From NCBI GenBank assembly GCA_965644495.1, contig CBFFSA010000011.1, positions 124,001 to 188,000 on the forward strand: a stretch of 64,000 nt of DNA, given 5' to 3'. This document shows positions 11,869-23,500 of this stretch, in pieces (within the stretch, counting starts at the first letter, position 1; each line of letters starts with the position of its first letter). The position numbers were made by a program, and so were the translations under genes. The notes under the pieces were generated by a model, which was not told the origin of the DNA, searched no databases, and saw only the letters and a program-made list of their open reading frames with translations. This stretch comes from Perkinsela sp. CCAP 1560/9. Taxonomy: Eukaryota > Protista > Euglenozoa: Kinetoplastea.

Positions 11869-13100
11869 CAGGGTTCGCAGAAACTATAAAACTATCAATA
11901 TAGTACTATATAGTTACTATAAACTTTTTTCGAAAACTATAAAAAACTATATTTTTTTGTTTCACATTTTAGGCACTCCGAAGCTCACCAACACGCCATA
12001 AATACACGGCGAGTTCATTTGTGTACGATTTTTCTTATTTTTAAACCCGAAAATTGATGCCCGAAATTAAAGTTACGAGGGGTAGTTTCTGCAAAGATTA
12101 TTTTATTGAACTGCTGCACACGGAGGGAAGTAAACAAGCGGTTGAATGTAACTTGTGTCAGGAGGGGACGTACCCCAGTCCCATCGCGTGGCCTTGACAG
12201 ATTGCCTTGTGCGAATCTTGCGTCCCGAACATCTTCTCACTGCATCGCTGTCGCCGCGCTTTGGCTGGAGCCACCGACGTTATGTCTTGGGACTGAATAA
12301 CTGCTGCTCACAATTCCATGAGTTTGAATAAATACAATCATATGAGTCTGAATAAAGTACGCGGTGTGTTGTCGAGTGGAGACAGTTTCTGTACCTTGTT
12401 GTTAATCCTTTCTTTCCCCGGCAACGGGCATACTCTTACTGTATTTTCATGCCCGTTGCCGGCCGGCACTAAGGTCGGAACTGTCCCTCTTGTCGCTGAA
12501 GCAGGGGACGCGCTTTCACCCCTTCACCCCTCCCCGACTCACTCCCCTGGAGTGAGTGTGCTTCCCCCTCTCGGCTTTTTTCGACTTGTCTTTTTCCTCT
12601 CCGAGAGGGCCATGCGTCACGGTGGCCTCCCTTGAGGACCACTAGGCGTGTCCTCCGCCGACGAGACTCGGTTCTCTGCACCTGGGGGTCGCCCAGCTCT
12701 CTGCACCTCGGCTCTGTCGCAGCTCTCTGCACCCGGATTGCCCCCGAAACTGTAATATGGGGATTACGCATCCGGCTCTCTGCACCTGGGACGCCAGCTC
12801 TCCGCACCCGCACACCTCCGGCGAGGACGAAACCTCACATGATCCACCCGTCGTATGCGGGATAAGGACATGGTGAGTAAATCTCTGCACTATAAGTGCA
12901 TGATAAAACAATTGTACTTCCTATCGTCACTCCTTTCGCATGCGTTTCATTGCTATTTCCGAGGAGATGACACACTAGTTGATGATATTTTTCGGCGGTG
13001 ATGGAATCGCGGGGAAGAGGGAGGATGTTTCGATAGCTATGTAACCCAGGATAAAGTGGACGAGGGAGGTTCTAAAAGCACCTTTAAACCACCACAAAAA
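11869..13100 (+). mobile_element. Truncated copy of hAT-type MITE
   Basis: Starts CAGGGTTCGCAGAAACTATA; colinear with 34880-35585. Confidence 0.88.
12383..12911 (+). mobile_element. ~530-bp non-coding insertion headed by a spliced-leader exon sequence
   Basis: Absent from the sister MITE (empty site GGAGAGTTTGTACTTCC at ~35390). Starts (A)CAGTTTCTGTACCTTGTTG, has internal CTCTCTGCACC repeats and ends GATAAAACAA. Confidence 0.8.
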
Positions 13101-13754
13101 TTTGTTTGTAAGTCAAGGACTTTTGCATAAGTCAAGGACTTTTGTGGAACACCAAAGATTTTTTTTGATTTTCATTTTCCATGCGCCAAGCAAGCCCGGT
13201 CCGTGAGCTAGCTTATGAGTATACAGTATATAATAGTAGCGTAGCTCGCAAAGTAGTTTTTGGCAATATACTTTTTGAAGAATCTGCATGCCTGCACAAG
13301 GGGTGACCCTCGTAAAATGGGCGAAAACGGCGAAAAACGACCATTTTTCACGAAATTGCCCAAAAATGGTCATTTTTTGCGATTTTCAAGGGGTTACTCC
13401 TTATATGAAAACCGCTCATTCAAAGTTTTGTGAGTACACACGAACAGCTTAAGACCTAAAGAAGGCCTTATGTGATTCCTTTTCAACATTACGCACAGTA
13501 CAGAGATATCGTAAGGTCAACATCGCCGAAAAAAGTATTTTTTTGGCAAAATGTCATGCACATTGTTGCCTCCAAATATTCTCCCCAGGACCCAAACCAG
13601 GGGGTAATTCGGTAGTATAATGACAGATCTGTATGATGGTGCTATACATGAGTCGCAATGGACCAACTCATATAAAGGGGGTCCCTGCTAAAAATTGACT
13701 TCCGCAAAAGTCCTTGACTTATGCAAAAGTCCTTTACTTTGACCGTTTACGCGT

Positions 13755-13900
13755 CTAGAGGCAAGGCCCAAGTGTGAGCGAAGCCCACTTCTACGAGCAA
13801 GGCCCCAGTTTGCGAGCAAGGCCCAACTGTGAGCGAAGCCCACTTCTGGAAGCATAAGCCCCCGTTTGCGAGCAAGGCCCAACTGTGAGCGTAGCCCTGG
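13755..13900. repeat. Degenerate 18-19-bp tandem repeats
   Basis: Recurring GAGC(A/G)A(G/A)GCCC units. Confidence 0.7.
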
Positions 13901-14029
13901 GACAAAATTATATTTTTTGGCGCGCTGGAGCGCGCGGGTCGCGAACTGAGAACCTATGTCTGCCGCTTCCGCAGGAGTGGCTGTATGACTTACTTTACGT
14001 GTCTAGAGGCAAGGCCCAACTGTCAGTGA

Positions 14030-14280
14030 ATGAAGCATCCTGAAATATGCATGTCTCGTGAACCGTGTCATGAATCTCAAATAAGTGGATCAACTTGACT
14101 ATCGTTATGCGACTCAAAGTACATTCGCGCGCCACTTCCTGCAGAGACAGGCCTTGAATCACACCATACAAAACTTTGAGTGTATCCTTAATGCTTCTTT
14201 TCGTTTTGAAGTTAAACAAGGGTTCCATTGCACTGTAGCGCTCTCTGCATTCTACTGAATCCATATAAGGATAGAAATCC
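14030..14280 (-). pseudogene. Possible Merlin-like transposase N-terminal (HTH) remnant
   Basis: EPLF..LKVLYGVIQGLSLQEVARECTLSRITIVKL (HTH-like). Confidence 0.4.
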
Positions 14281-15463
14281 ACGCCGAGGGGCTCCCTGGA
14301 AACATGTACATGAAAACATACATGTATATGAATAAACAAACATATATAAATAAACAAGTATGAATAATCCAATCTTACTCTCAAATTGTACCAAAACATA
14401 TCGTAGATAATTCACACGCACAAACACAGATAAAAGGAAACACGCCTGCATAGAACAAAAACAATCAATGTCACGTTGTTAACGGGGTTCCCCCCCACCG
14501 GAACCCTCGGCCAACCTGCCCACACACACGTCACACAATCAAATATAAATGACAAAAGAAATGCCCATTCACATAGTAAGATTGCTTCAAACTTCCCAGA
14601 ACTCATAAAAGGATAACGATAGCAATAGATGACCAGTCCACTGCCACGCCCTCTACAAGCTCACACGAGCTAAACAGGTTACGCTTTCAACCTCTGCCCA
14701 TGCACCAACTTGGGACCTAGAAGTGTGGAGCAACTAGGCGTGGTGTACGGCCGTGTCAACAGTGACGCGGCTAAAAAACATTAAGGCGCTAATCGTAGAG
14801 TAAAGGAAACCTTTACTCATCTTTACCTCACATTGGGGAACCTTGCTTCCGAAAAGGAAACAAGGCGTGAGAATAAAGCCTGTTAACATCCATAACCTTC
14901 CAAAATTATAGGGACAACCTCCATACCCCAGGACCCCGTCAGCTTTTTTCTTTTTCTTTTTTTCTTGTCTTTTTTTTTGTATTTGGTGATCCTGTCCCCT
15001 AGGGTTTTTCCTCAAAATGACTGTCTACCTTACCACTGTGATTATGATTAATGTATTTCTCGATCGTTCCTCTATATCTCTCCACCTTCTCCTTCTCAAC
15101 CTCCTTCCCACGACTGACAACATCCGCCGGGTTCTCATCCGTGGATATGTACGCTGCCTTCACGCAAATACCTTTCTCCTCTGTCAGTCGCAGGACTTCG
15201 CGCAATTCCATCGAAACCCCCTCTGACTTGGAGATCCTCCTGTTCAGTGCAGCCTGACAGGAGGTGTTATCAACAAAAACATCCAAGCAGGTTCCACGGG
15301 GGCAATGCGCGGAAAACTTCTCGAGGGCTAAGCGGACTGCTGCAGCTTCCGCACGATTCACCTCATACGAGGAGGACTCAGGCCACGCCTCTCCCGTAAT
15401 CAAAACCTCTCCGCTGTCTAAATACATAATCGCTCCCCATCCTTTCACCGAGGCATCGGTGTA

Positions 15464-18134
15464 CAACCCCGTTCCAGTGGTTTTGGGACTATCCCCACAT
15501 TCATGTATATGAGAGAAAGGGCAAAAGAACGGTGTATTCGTGCAGATCTAGTTGAGGGTATCACCGGAAAAATGCTTGTAGACAAAACAAATATATAATA
15601 TTACCTTAAAAAGTACCCTGAAAAGTCAAAATTCCCTTTAAAAAATGAACTTTTCTGAGTATAATTTTTAGCAATGGTCTAAAAATATCATAAGACAAAG
15701 GTGTTTTAATATCGAATTTTATGTCCATCGGCAGCAATACACATTTCTAAACGTTTTTTAAATGTGTTATGCAACTTCTTGGCCGTCGCCCTACCCTCAA
15801 GAGAGAGAAAATAACTTTGAGACACTCTTTTTATCCCAGACGTGCGAGGAAACGTCTGGTTCTTTGCATGCCGAATTCTTGCCCAAAAGTTTTCAATGGG
15901 ATTTAGATCCGGGGAGTCTGCGGGCCACCGGAAAGGATTTACGTCCTCTACGCCAGACATGTACCGCAAACATTGTGCGTAATGTCCGGAAGCAACATGC
16001 CTTTTCCACCACAGCTGTGTCTTCTTACTCGTATGCGGCGAGGCTCCATCATCCATGTAAACCGCGGTGGGGTTTACCTCACAGTATCGAACCCACTCTG
16101 CATCAAGAATTTCGCGACGATAATATAGGCTCCCGAGTTTTAGTTGATCAGGAAGCGTTTCACGCTTTTCCCCAGGCTGCACAGGGCGGCTTATCTCGTT
16201 CGCATAAAAGGACGCGAAATTGTCACACCAGTGAAATATAAAATTGCCTTGATTGTCGATACCTCCCCATATCATGACCTTAATGGGGTGAAAGTCTCTG
16301 TTACGCGCAACTCGATCATATCGACTTTGCCAGGTAGACGTGGAAGAATCCCCTTCACAGACGAATGTCTCATCAGTAAAGACGAGTTTCTCAAAGAACT
16401 GGCCTTCAGTTCGTTCATTTTCTTGTAGCATCGCCTTACAAAAATTAACGCGGGCCTCCCGCTTGCGAGCAGTGAGATGCAAAGTTCGTTTTTTTGATCC
16501 ATAAGAATAGTCATAATAGTAAAGTAACGCACGCATTCTGTGGCGCGAAACCTGGATAGACCCCTCGCTTTGTTTTTCCATAGCCCTGCGTAGATAATTG
16601 AGGGAACGATGTACTGGATTCTCGGCCATAACGCGGGCAAAAAGTTTCTTCGCCTCGTCGGCGCTGCCCCACTCTGATATAGTTCGACGCACTGTCTCAA
16701 TTTTTTGGAGGCGCAGCGTGACATTTATAGATTGACCGTCAATTTTTCTAATCAAGCGACTGCACGTTTGCTTCGGCAAGATAAACATATAGCAAAGATC
16801 CGCTTGACAGAACAAACCTGTTTGATATAAACCTTTCAAAAGAAACAACCCAGATTCAGTTAAACTGCCAGGCTGTTTGAAAAGAACAGTTAGATAGCGT
16901 TTTCTTTCATTTTTCTTTTTCATCGGACGACCTCTTTTCTTTCCAACGCTTCGCTCTTTTTTTTCAAGCAGTGATGCGCGACGGAACTCGCTTACTATTT
17001 TAAGTGTTTTCTGCCGCTCGCACATTAAGTGATTGAAACGTTTTTTCAGGTCCTGACACTCTGTGCGAGCGCTTGCGTTGTCCCTTTTTAATGTTTCCAC
17101 TTTGATCTCCATTTCTGTTTTCCGCTTTTCGGTCTCCAAAAAGTCTTCCTTCTGCTTACTTCCACGCTTTTCAAGAGTCTTCACTTTGCGTTTAGTCTTG
17201 CAAAGTTTGTTGCGCAGCCTCTTGATAACTGCATCCTTGGCACTGATTTTTTTCTCCAAAGATTTTAATTGATCATCTCTTGGATCTGGAATTAACTGAT
17301 TGGTTGGTTGTTTGGAATCTGGTTCTTCCATTTCAGGGGGTAAACTATCAGAGAAGGTGTTGTCAACAGCTGGGTGGGATATATCGGAGCGAACGTCCTT
17401 AATATCACGTATCGCTTCCAACAGCTTGGCATCAAATCCTGGAGACAACGATCCACTTCTTTGAAAACGGTCTGGTGAAAAAGATGGAATGCGAGAGCGG
17501 GTCGAAGAGCAAACACGGCGTGCAGGAGAAAGTAAGAGAGGGGAAAGTGGGAGAGGGGAGGAAACGTTACTTTCGCTAGCAGAAGAATACGAAGATTCCG
17601 AAGAAGAATACGAAGATTCCGAAGAAGAAGAAGAATACGAAGATTCCGAGCCACTGGAAGTTGAGTAGCTGGATGAACTAGACAATACACGTACGTCGTC
17701 GTGCGGCGAATCATATCCTAGAGAAGCACACGAACCATTCGACGAAAAAGAAGACGATTCTTGTGATTCAGAGAAATCTGAGTCCATTTCATCTGATGGG
17801 TTCCAATCAGAATCATTTTCATCCGAAAGAGTGACCCCGCTCGACAGCTCTTCGCTATCGCTAGAATTCATATGTCGTTAAAGGAAAAAGATCGGGAGTA
17901 ATGTTAAAAACTGGTTAAATTTTCTCAATAATTCTTACGAAAACTCTAAAAGTCACATTAAATGCACAAAAAAGAGGATAAAATACAAATAATTAAAATA
18001 TTAGTCTTTTGCGCCTTTCGACACTATTTTTGCGGTCTTCTCTGTAGTAATGTGAGGAAGCCTGAAAAAAAATTATCAAAAAACAAGACGCGTAGCTCTC
18101 TAAAGGTTAGTCCCATTTTTGATGAACGGGGTTG
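15464..18134 (-). mobile_element. IS630/Tc1/mariner-type DNA transposon, apparently complete
   Basis: TIRs CAACCCCGTTC......TGGGACTA; TA duplicated at 15462-63 and 18135-36. Excision restores HKHRLYTDASVKGWG of the host RT-RNase H. Confidence 0.95.
15706..17871 (-). CDS. DDE transposase, 721 aa, DD51E spacing, long Ser-rich/coiled-coil N-terminus
   Basis: VFTDET, VMIWGGI, MDDGASPH, WPADSPDLNPIENFW; uninterrupted ORF. Confidence 0.93.
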   Translation of the reverse strand: MNSSDSEELSSGVTLSDENDSDWNPSDEMDSDFSESQESSSFSSNGSCASLGYDSPHDDVRVLSSSSSYSTSSGSESSYSSSSSESSYSSSESSYSSASESNVSSPLPLSPLLLSPARRVCSSTRSRIPSFSPDRFQRSGSLSPGFDAKLLEAIRDIKDVRSDISHPAVDNTFSDSLPPEMEEPDSKQPTNQLIPDPRDDQLKSLEKKISAKDAVIKRLRNKLCKTKRKVKTLEKRGSKQKEDFLETEKRKTEMEIKVETLKRDNASARTECQDLKKRFNHLMCERQKTLKIVSEFRRASLLEKKERSVGKKRGRPMKKKNERKRYLTVLFKQPGSLTESGLFLLKGLYQTGLFCQADLCYMFILPKQTCSRLIRKIDGQSINVTLRLQKIETVRRTISEWGSADEAKKLFARVMAENPVHRSLNYLRRAMEKQSEGSIQVSRHRMRALLYYYDYSYGSKKRTLHLTARKREARVNFCKAMLQENERTEGQFFEKLVFTDETFVCEGDSSTSTWQSRYDRVARNRDFHPIKVMIWGGIDNQGNFIFHWCDNFASFYANEISRPVQPGEKRETLPDQLKLGSLYYRREILDAEWVRYCEVNPTAVYMDDGASPHTSKKTQLWWKRHVASGHYAQCLRYMSGVEDVNPFRWPADSPDLNPIENFWARIRHAKNQTFPRTSGIKRVSQSYFLSLEGRATAKKLHNTFKKRLEMCIAADGHKIRY

Positions 18135-21100
18135 TAGAGACGATGCTTGTGTGGAACAACATCGGGATGGGGAGGTGGAGACCGTGGAACATTTTCCAGC
18201 AACTCGTTTCTCCACTCTGCTAGCATGGAGCGAGTGACGACAGGGAGTGCGACCGGACGGTCACATAACTTCGGGCAACGGTTCAACAAGTTGATACGCC
18301 GTTGCGCCACCTTCAAAGCGAAATAAAATCGCGGCATATTGAGTCGGAGAACTGCGGAGCCATAAATGAGGCTCCCCACCACCGCCTCTAGGTCAACAAA
18401 GGAAATGTTGAAGAAAGAGTCGGCTCGCAGTTTCCTGATCACTCGCGGTCCCAGGCAGACCGTATGCGCGTTATGGTCGAACGCCACCCCATTAAACACG
18501 TACTGTGCTACAGGGGGCTGACCCTGATCTTTAAAAAGACCGTTCGCCTTGTCGCAACGCTCGTCGATGAACTGAGCGTACGTGGTGGCCTCGGAGTTGG
18601 TTCCTGCAAACCGAACTCCGTCAACATAAACGTCGATAGCGCCTCGGTGAAACGAGTAGCGCTGAGAACAAATCGACGCCTCGCCAGCAATCGCGGCGGT
18701 AACAGTGTGCATAACCTCCGGTGCACACCTATGGCCCATCGGGAGGACGTTCATCTCATACACGTCTCCACTGTTCGTTCTAAGGCGGAATTTGGGCCGC
18801 GCCCTCTTTGGGATACCAATCTGGTAAAACCCCCACGTGAAGTCCCGCTTCACAGCCATCGGCTCGTGCGCCGTATTTGGAGGGATGATATAATGGGACC
18901 TTTGGTTCATATGCTTTAAGTCTGTCATTGTCGTCCCGTGTCCACGAAATAAACCTTCTGCGCTGATTGCCCTCATCATCGGTCTCCACAGCCGTGAAGG
19001 GAATCATGAACTGCATCGATGGGCGCTTTCTCAACTCCTGCACCTTATCTATGACGTCTCAGCTTCTTTAGAAGAAGTGGCGTGATTGGTAGCATCTGCC
19101 GCGTGGGTTCTAGCCCCCCTGCGCCTGCAGGGCCTTTACGTAGAGACTCAATGGGGTACCTTCGATTCCCATGAGCTCGAACAGAGTCCTCAATGCCCCT
19201 GCGTATCCCATGCGCGTCGAGGTAGCGAGAGGCAGAGTCTCCAGGAAGAGCACCGCGTTTGCAGGATTTGCGGTGATTCCCTTCGCCTGGCAATACTCGC
19301 GCAGGCGGAACCACAATCGCTCCCTTGTGGCCCACGTGGCCACCGCCCACATGGGCTGGAGCGCCTCGTTCATCTGGGTTGCACGTGGGTCCTCGGGGGG
19401 CATTTGAAGAATGGCCCCCAGTAACTCTTGGCGGCGTTTCCCGGGCGGTTGTATGGCGGCGGCTGTATGGCGGCGGTTACGGCGGGAACGGGGGTTCGGG
19501 GGAGAAGACGAGCCGGGAGGGAGACACTGCGGCGACGGAGGCGCATTGGCGAGGACTGGCACGGAGGAGTATTGCCACGCACGCGTGGCCGTCTTTCTCG
19601 TTGGCGGAGGAGCCGGGAGGGAGCGGGGGTAGGAATATCCACCCGTCGTCGCCTGGGACGACGGGCACGAGAAGTAACTGGGGTGGGGAGCATTTCCTAG
19701 TGGAAAGCCCGCGATGCGCCGTAACGGTTGGCGCCGCCCACCACCCCGCCGCGAAAATCCTGTTGCGGGGCGCGTTGGGTACGGAACTGCCCCCCCTGCT
19801 GTTGGGACGCTTGGGGGCAGTTCGATCCAAAACAGAAAGGTCCCTGGCTGCGTCGACGAGGAGCACGCTGCGCAGTCCGGCCCCTCAGTTGCTCGTCGAC
19901 CACAAGCTGACCGTAACGGTCCTGAGGGTCGTCGTCACGGTGCAACCGCTGTTGCACACGTTCGACAGCAACGCCCGCCGCAGCCCAATAATGGTTGCGA
20001 AGCTCTTCGATGATGAGAAGGGCTACGGCGAGGTTGTGCTTCTCGAGCCAAACCTCCGTATTGCGCGCAGCGTATACCCATTCAGTCAACATCTTGAACA
20101 GGCGCTCACGCTGCGGCGGAGGGTTGAAGCGTACCCCAAGCTGCGGAGCTTCGCGCAGCTCACGAATGAGTTCACGTGGCTTGAACAAATCATCCGTGTC
20201 GATCCACGGTTGCCAAGTAAGTAGGGGGAGAAGCTTTTCGGGTCCGTAACACGGACGCGTTCAAACGTGGGGATCAGATCTTCAACTGGTTTCCCACCCG
20301 GCATCTGCGCCCGAACATGGGCCAGTTCCAAGGAGTGGTAATTGATATCGGGATGGGGAAAACGGTAGGCTGTATTCGCGTCCCCATCCCATTCTGTAAA
20401 CAACTCAGTTGATTCCGGGTCATTAGGATGCGTCATATGCACCCGCCCTATATAGCCGTCTGCCGTAGGCCATCTCGGGGAAGAGACCATACAGCTTCGA
20501 CGGTGACCTCATAGCGTTTGCGCAGAAGGTCAATCACTTTCATGACAAACTCTTCCTTGCCTTGGCTGGTCATGATTCCTCGGGCATCAAGGCGTGAACG
20601 CTGAGGCACCTCGACGTGGTCAATGTCGAGGGCATCGTATCGACGAGGTGAACGGGAAGCCTCAACCTGGTCAGGGTTAAGGGTTCCCTTGCGACGTATC
20701 GGGACTTCCGGAGCATCGAGTGGAATGGGATAAGGGCTATTAAAGGAGCTTGCAGGAAGACTGGGGAGATTACTCAGGAGCGGGCTCGGCGGTTCGCGGG
20801 CGGGCCTCAACGCTCTACCAGATGGACGTACCTTCCGCCGCGCCGGGCCTGGGGTACGGGGAATCTGAGTAGGTTTCGCGGTTACCTGCAGAGCTGCCTG
20901 CGTGGGGAGAGGGGGAAGAGGGGGGCGAACGGGAGGGCACGACAGGGATTGGCGCTTAGAACGAGCAAAGGAAGAGGTCTCAATCGGTGTCGGTGCCCGG
21001 TCTCGTTTTGGGGAGCGATCACGGTCCTGGCTCGACTCCTGTGGAGCCCGCAAACGTTGGGATCTCATCGTATCACAAAAGCTTAAACGTAGTAGAAACA

Positions 21101-21144
21101 ACAACCTAACAAGGATATATAAGAAATAGTAAAATATCCATGCA

Positions 21145-22060
21145 ATTGCGGTGGTTGTAAAACTACCGCTCTACACTCGATTATTGAAAAAAAAGTGAAC
21201 AAAAACAGTGAAAATATAAAGAGGAACACAGTAATATAATAGAAGAAAAAAATATAAAAGGGGGCTCCGGTGGTCCAAAACTGAAAAAAAAATTTGAAAA
21301 AAATGGGGGGTCCATGAGGGGGGTCCAGGGGGGGGGTCCAGGGGGGGGGTCCAGGGGGGGGGGGGCATGGTCGAGCAAATTTTTTCGAAAAAATTAGTTT
21401 TCGAAAAAAAAACGCAGAAAGGGTAGCCGGGGTCTTGGCGCGCATTTTCCATCCCCCTACCCGGGGGTGACCCCCCCGCGTATCCGCAGGACGGGTCCGC
21501 CAAGTTGGGATTTTTTCGGAAAAAAATTTTTGAAAAAAATTTCAACTTGGCGAAAAAAATGACAAAAAAAATATTTTTCCAAAATCGTTTCCCCTATTGT
21601 ATTTTGATAGTTTGGGACCTACACTAGCTTTCTACGCAGTTGTTTTCGCAAGGTATCACTTCTTCGAACTGTGGTGCGCCCCCCAAAATGACCCATTTTT
21701 GACTAAAAAAGGTGAAAAAGTATTTTTCGGACCTAAAGGAGCATTTTTGTGTCGAAAGAATGGTATGGTTGGAGTCGCATTCTCTACCCAATACGTTCGG
21801 TAGGCTTTCATTCATGCCTGCGAGTGATTTCCCATGCGCAAATGTCGGATTTAGTGCTCTGAGAGCAAAAATATGCTAAAATGACCCCATTTGTACCCGA
21901 AATTCGGCTATTTTTCGCTATAATCTTTCCGTTTTCCAGGCTAAATTTTCTTTTTTAGGCTCTTCGTTAAACGCGGTGGTGGTTTTCAACTCGGAGAGCG
22001 TAGCATGAGTGACTTCTAAGTTGAAAACAACCACCGCGTTTAACGAAGAGCCTAAAAAAG
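21145..22060. repeat. ~900-bp dispersed repeat with terminal palindrome, copy 2
   Basis: Direct copy of 9844-10731; a diverged partial inverted copy lies at ~23890-24040. Confidence 0.9.
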
Positions 22061-22371
22061 AAATTATAGAACACAAATCATAATTTGAAGAAATTATGTG
22101 CCCCGAAGGGCCAGCAGGCAAATACATAACAGCCCCTCGGCTAAATTTCAAAACGTGGACTATTAGTACCAGTATTCACCTTCATGCACACACATAATTT
22201 CTTTCGTGTCATGGTGCTTTATCTTATGGCACCACACTCGTTGTGCACCCAATTTGTGAGTGCTTCGGAACAGCACATTCACATGCATAAAATTTTAGGC
22301 ACGGATTTCAACTTTTTCTAAAAGTTGGTGCGGGGTGCTATGGAAGCTCACCTTTGCTCCCGGTGAGGCCC

Positions 22372-22453
22372 GGTGGAAGTATAGGAATATTGCATAAGTA
22401 TAGGAATATTGCATAAGTATAGGAATATTGCATAAGTATAGGAATATTGCATA
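22372..22453. repeat. Element end GGTGGAAGT followed by ~20-bp tandem repeats
   Basis: (AAGTATAGGAATATTGCAT)x4. Confidence 0.8.
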
Positions 22454-22614
22454 GCCGTCTAATCATGTCACAAAATACTGTGAATTGGTTTAGTATAGGT
22501 TTAGTTTTTGGGTATCACACTTTCACGTGACTCAGTGGCCCGGCCGGCCCCTCCGTGCGTTCGGTCTCTCATTTCCCCCAAAACAAATACCATCTTCCCC
22601 CCCTATTTAGCGGG

Positions 22615-22862
22615 GGACCACTCGCACACTGATAATGCATAAAACTCGCACACTGATAATGCATAAAACTCGCACACTGATAATGCATATTGGCACACTG
22701 ATAATGCATATTGATAATGCATATGTGAATGTGCTAATATGCATCTGAATGTGCTATATGCATTATCAATGTGCTATATGCAATATCAATGTGCTATATG
22801 CATTATCAGTGTGCTATATGCATTATCAATGTGCCGCTTAGTATGCATTATCAATGTGCGGG
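22615..22862. repeat. Fold-back array of GCACACTGATAATGCATA repeats (mini TIR element)
   Basis: Direct repeats 22620-22720 mirrored by inverted repeats 22740-22860. Confidence 0.75.
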
Positions 22863-23007
22863 CGCCTTCTGGACCTCTTTGCGAAAATCATTTCGCCAAG
22901 TCGGATCTCCGTAGAAGTTTACTGGGAGCGCCCGGGCGGGAGCCACCCCCCTAAGTAAGAACTAAGTAAGAAACTAAGTAAGACTAGAAAGAAAACTACA
23001 ACGCCGA

Positions 23008-23275
23008 AAAAGTTTCCACCAGTGGGGGCCATGTTCAACAGGACGGGAAGTTCACCGTGTTCTGCCAACCCAGTGCGGCGGCACTTGTGAGCTGCTCCGT
23101 TTCCGGCCTGGCCCGGTTCAGTGCACGTTACACGCAGGGCAACCTCTGCGCTACCGCAGATTCTCCCCGGTACCACACTGTAAGGGAGGCGGCGAACTTC
23201 CCGTCCATTAAGAACAGGTGCCACGGCGAATCCTTATTTCGCTGCCCAAAGGGTGACAGGTTTGGAACCCCAGCG
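23008..23275 (-). ncRNA. 7SL: 7SL (SRP) RNA
   Basis: Helix-8 motif GAACCGGGCCAGGCCGGAAACGGAGCAG; compact Alu 5' domain CGCTG..TGTCA..CAGCG; long GGACGGGAAGTTC/GAACTTCCCGTCC stem; T5 terminator; ~95 bp from a divergent tRNA-Lys. Confidence 0.92.
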
Positions 23276-23369
23276 AGCTCGATAGCAATTTCGCCGTGTT
23301 TATTACTATTCAATAATTGTTGATTTCCCTTGCAAATTTCCATATATAGGTTGGCAGTAGTGATCACGT

Positions 23370-23441
23370 GCCCGTTTAGCTCAGTGGAAGAGCGCCAGAC
23401 TTTTAATCTGGTGGCCGTGGGTTCGATCCCCACAGCGGGTG
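23370..23441 (+). tRNA. tRNA-Lys(UUU)
   Basis: Cloverleaf, anticodon arm CCAGA-CTTTTAA-TCTGG, GTTCGAT T-loop, TTTT terminator. Confidence 0.97.
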
Positions 23442-23500
23442 TTTTAGGAGATTGTAAGCTGCACCGGATTTTATCCTGAACAAAATTTGAATCATGAAAA

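Larger units (their letters stand above)
11577..13744. mobile_element. Second, inverted copy of the 9-bp-TSD element, with nested insertions
   Basis: Same ends as 8513-9566; TSD GTTTACGCG at 11568-11576 and 13745-13753. Confidence 0.88.
14400..21130 (-). mobile_element. Tyrosine-recombinase retrotransposon, VIPER-like, degraded (YR catalytic part deleted); boundaries approximate
   Basis: Frameshifted gag-like ORFs 19697-21104 and YR N-terminal domain 19045-19350. RT 18137-19043 (PFTAVE..RRRFISW, DFTWGFYQI, LPMGH, YVDG). RNase H 14999-15463 (YTDAS, FVDN, ENPAD). Confidence 0.85.

Noticed and set aside
12382-12420. Functional SL RNA gene
   Set aside because: No GT splice donor or intron after the exon-like part, and no tandem array; the same holds at 59940.
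15706-17871. Possible Fanzor/TnpB cargo in Tc1-like elements
   Set aside because: No RuvC or Zn-ribbon motifs seen in this or any other ORF; the extra length is low-complexity and coiled coil.
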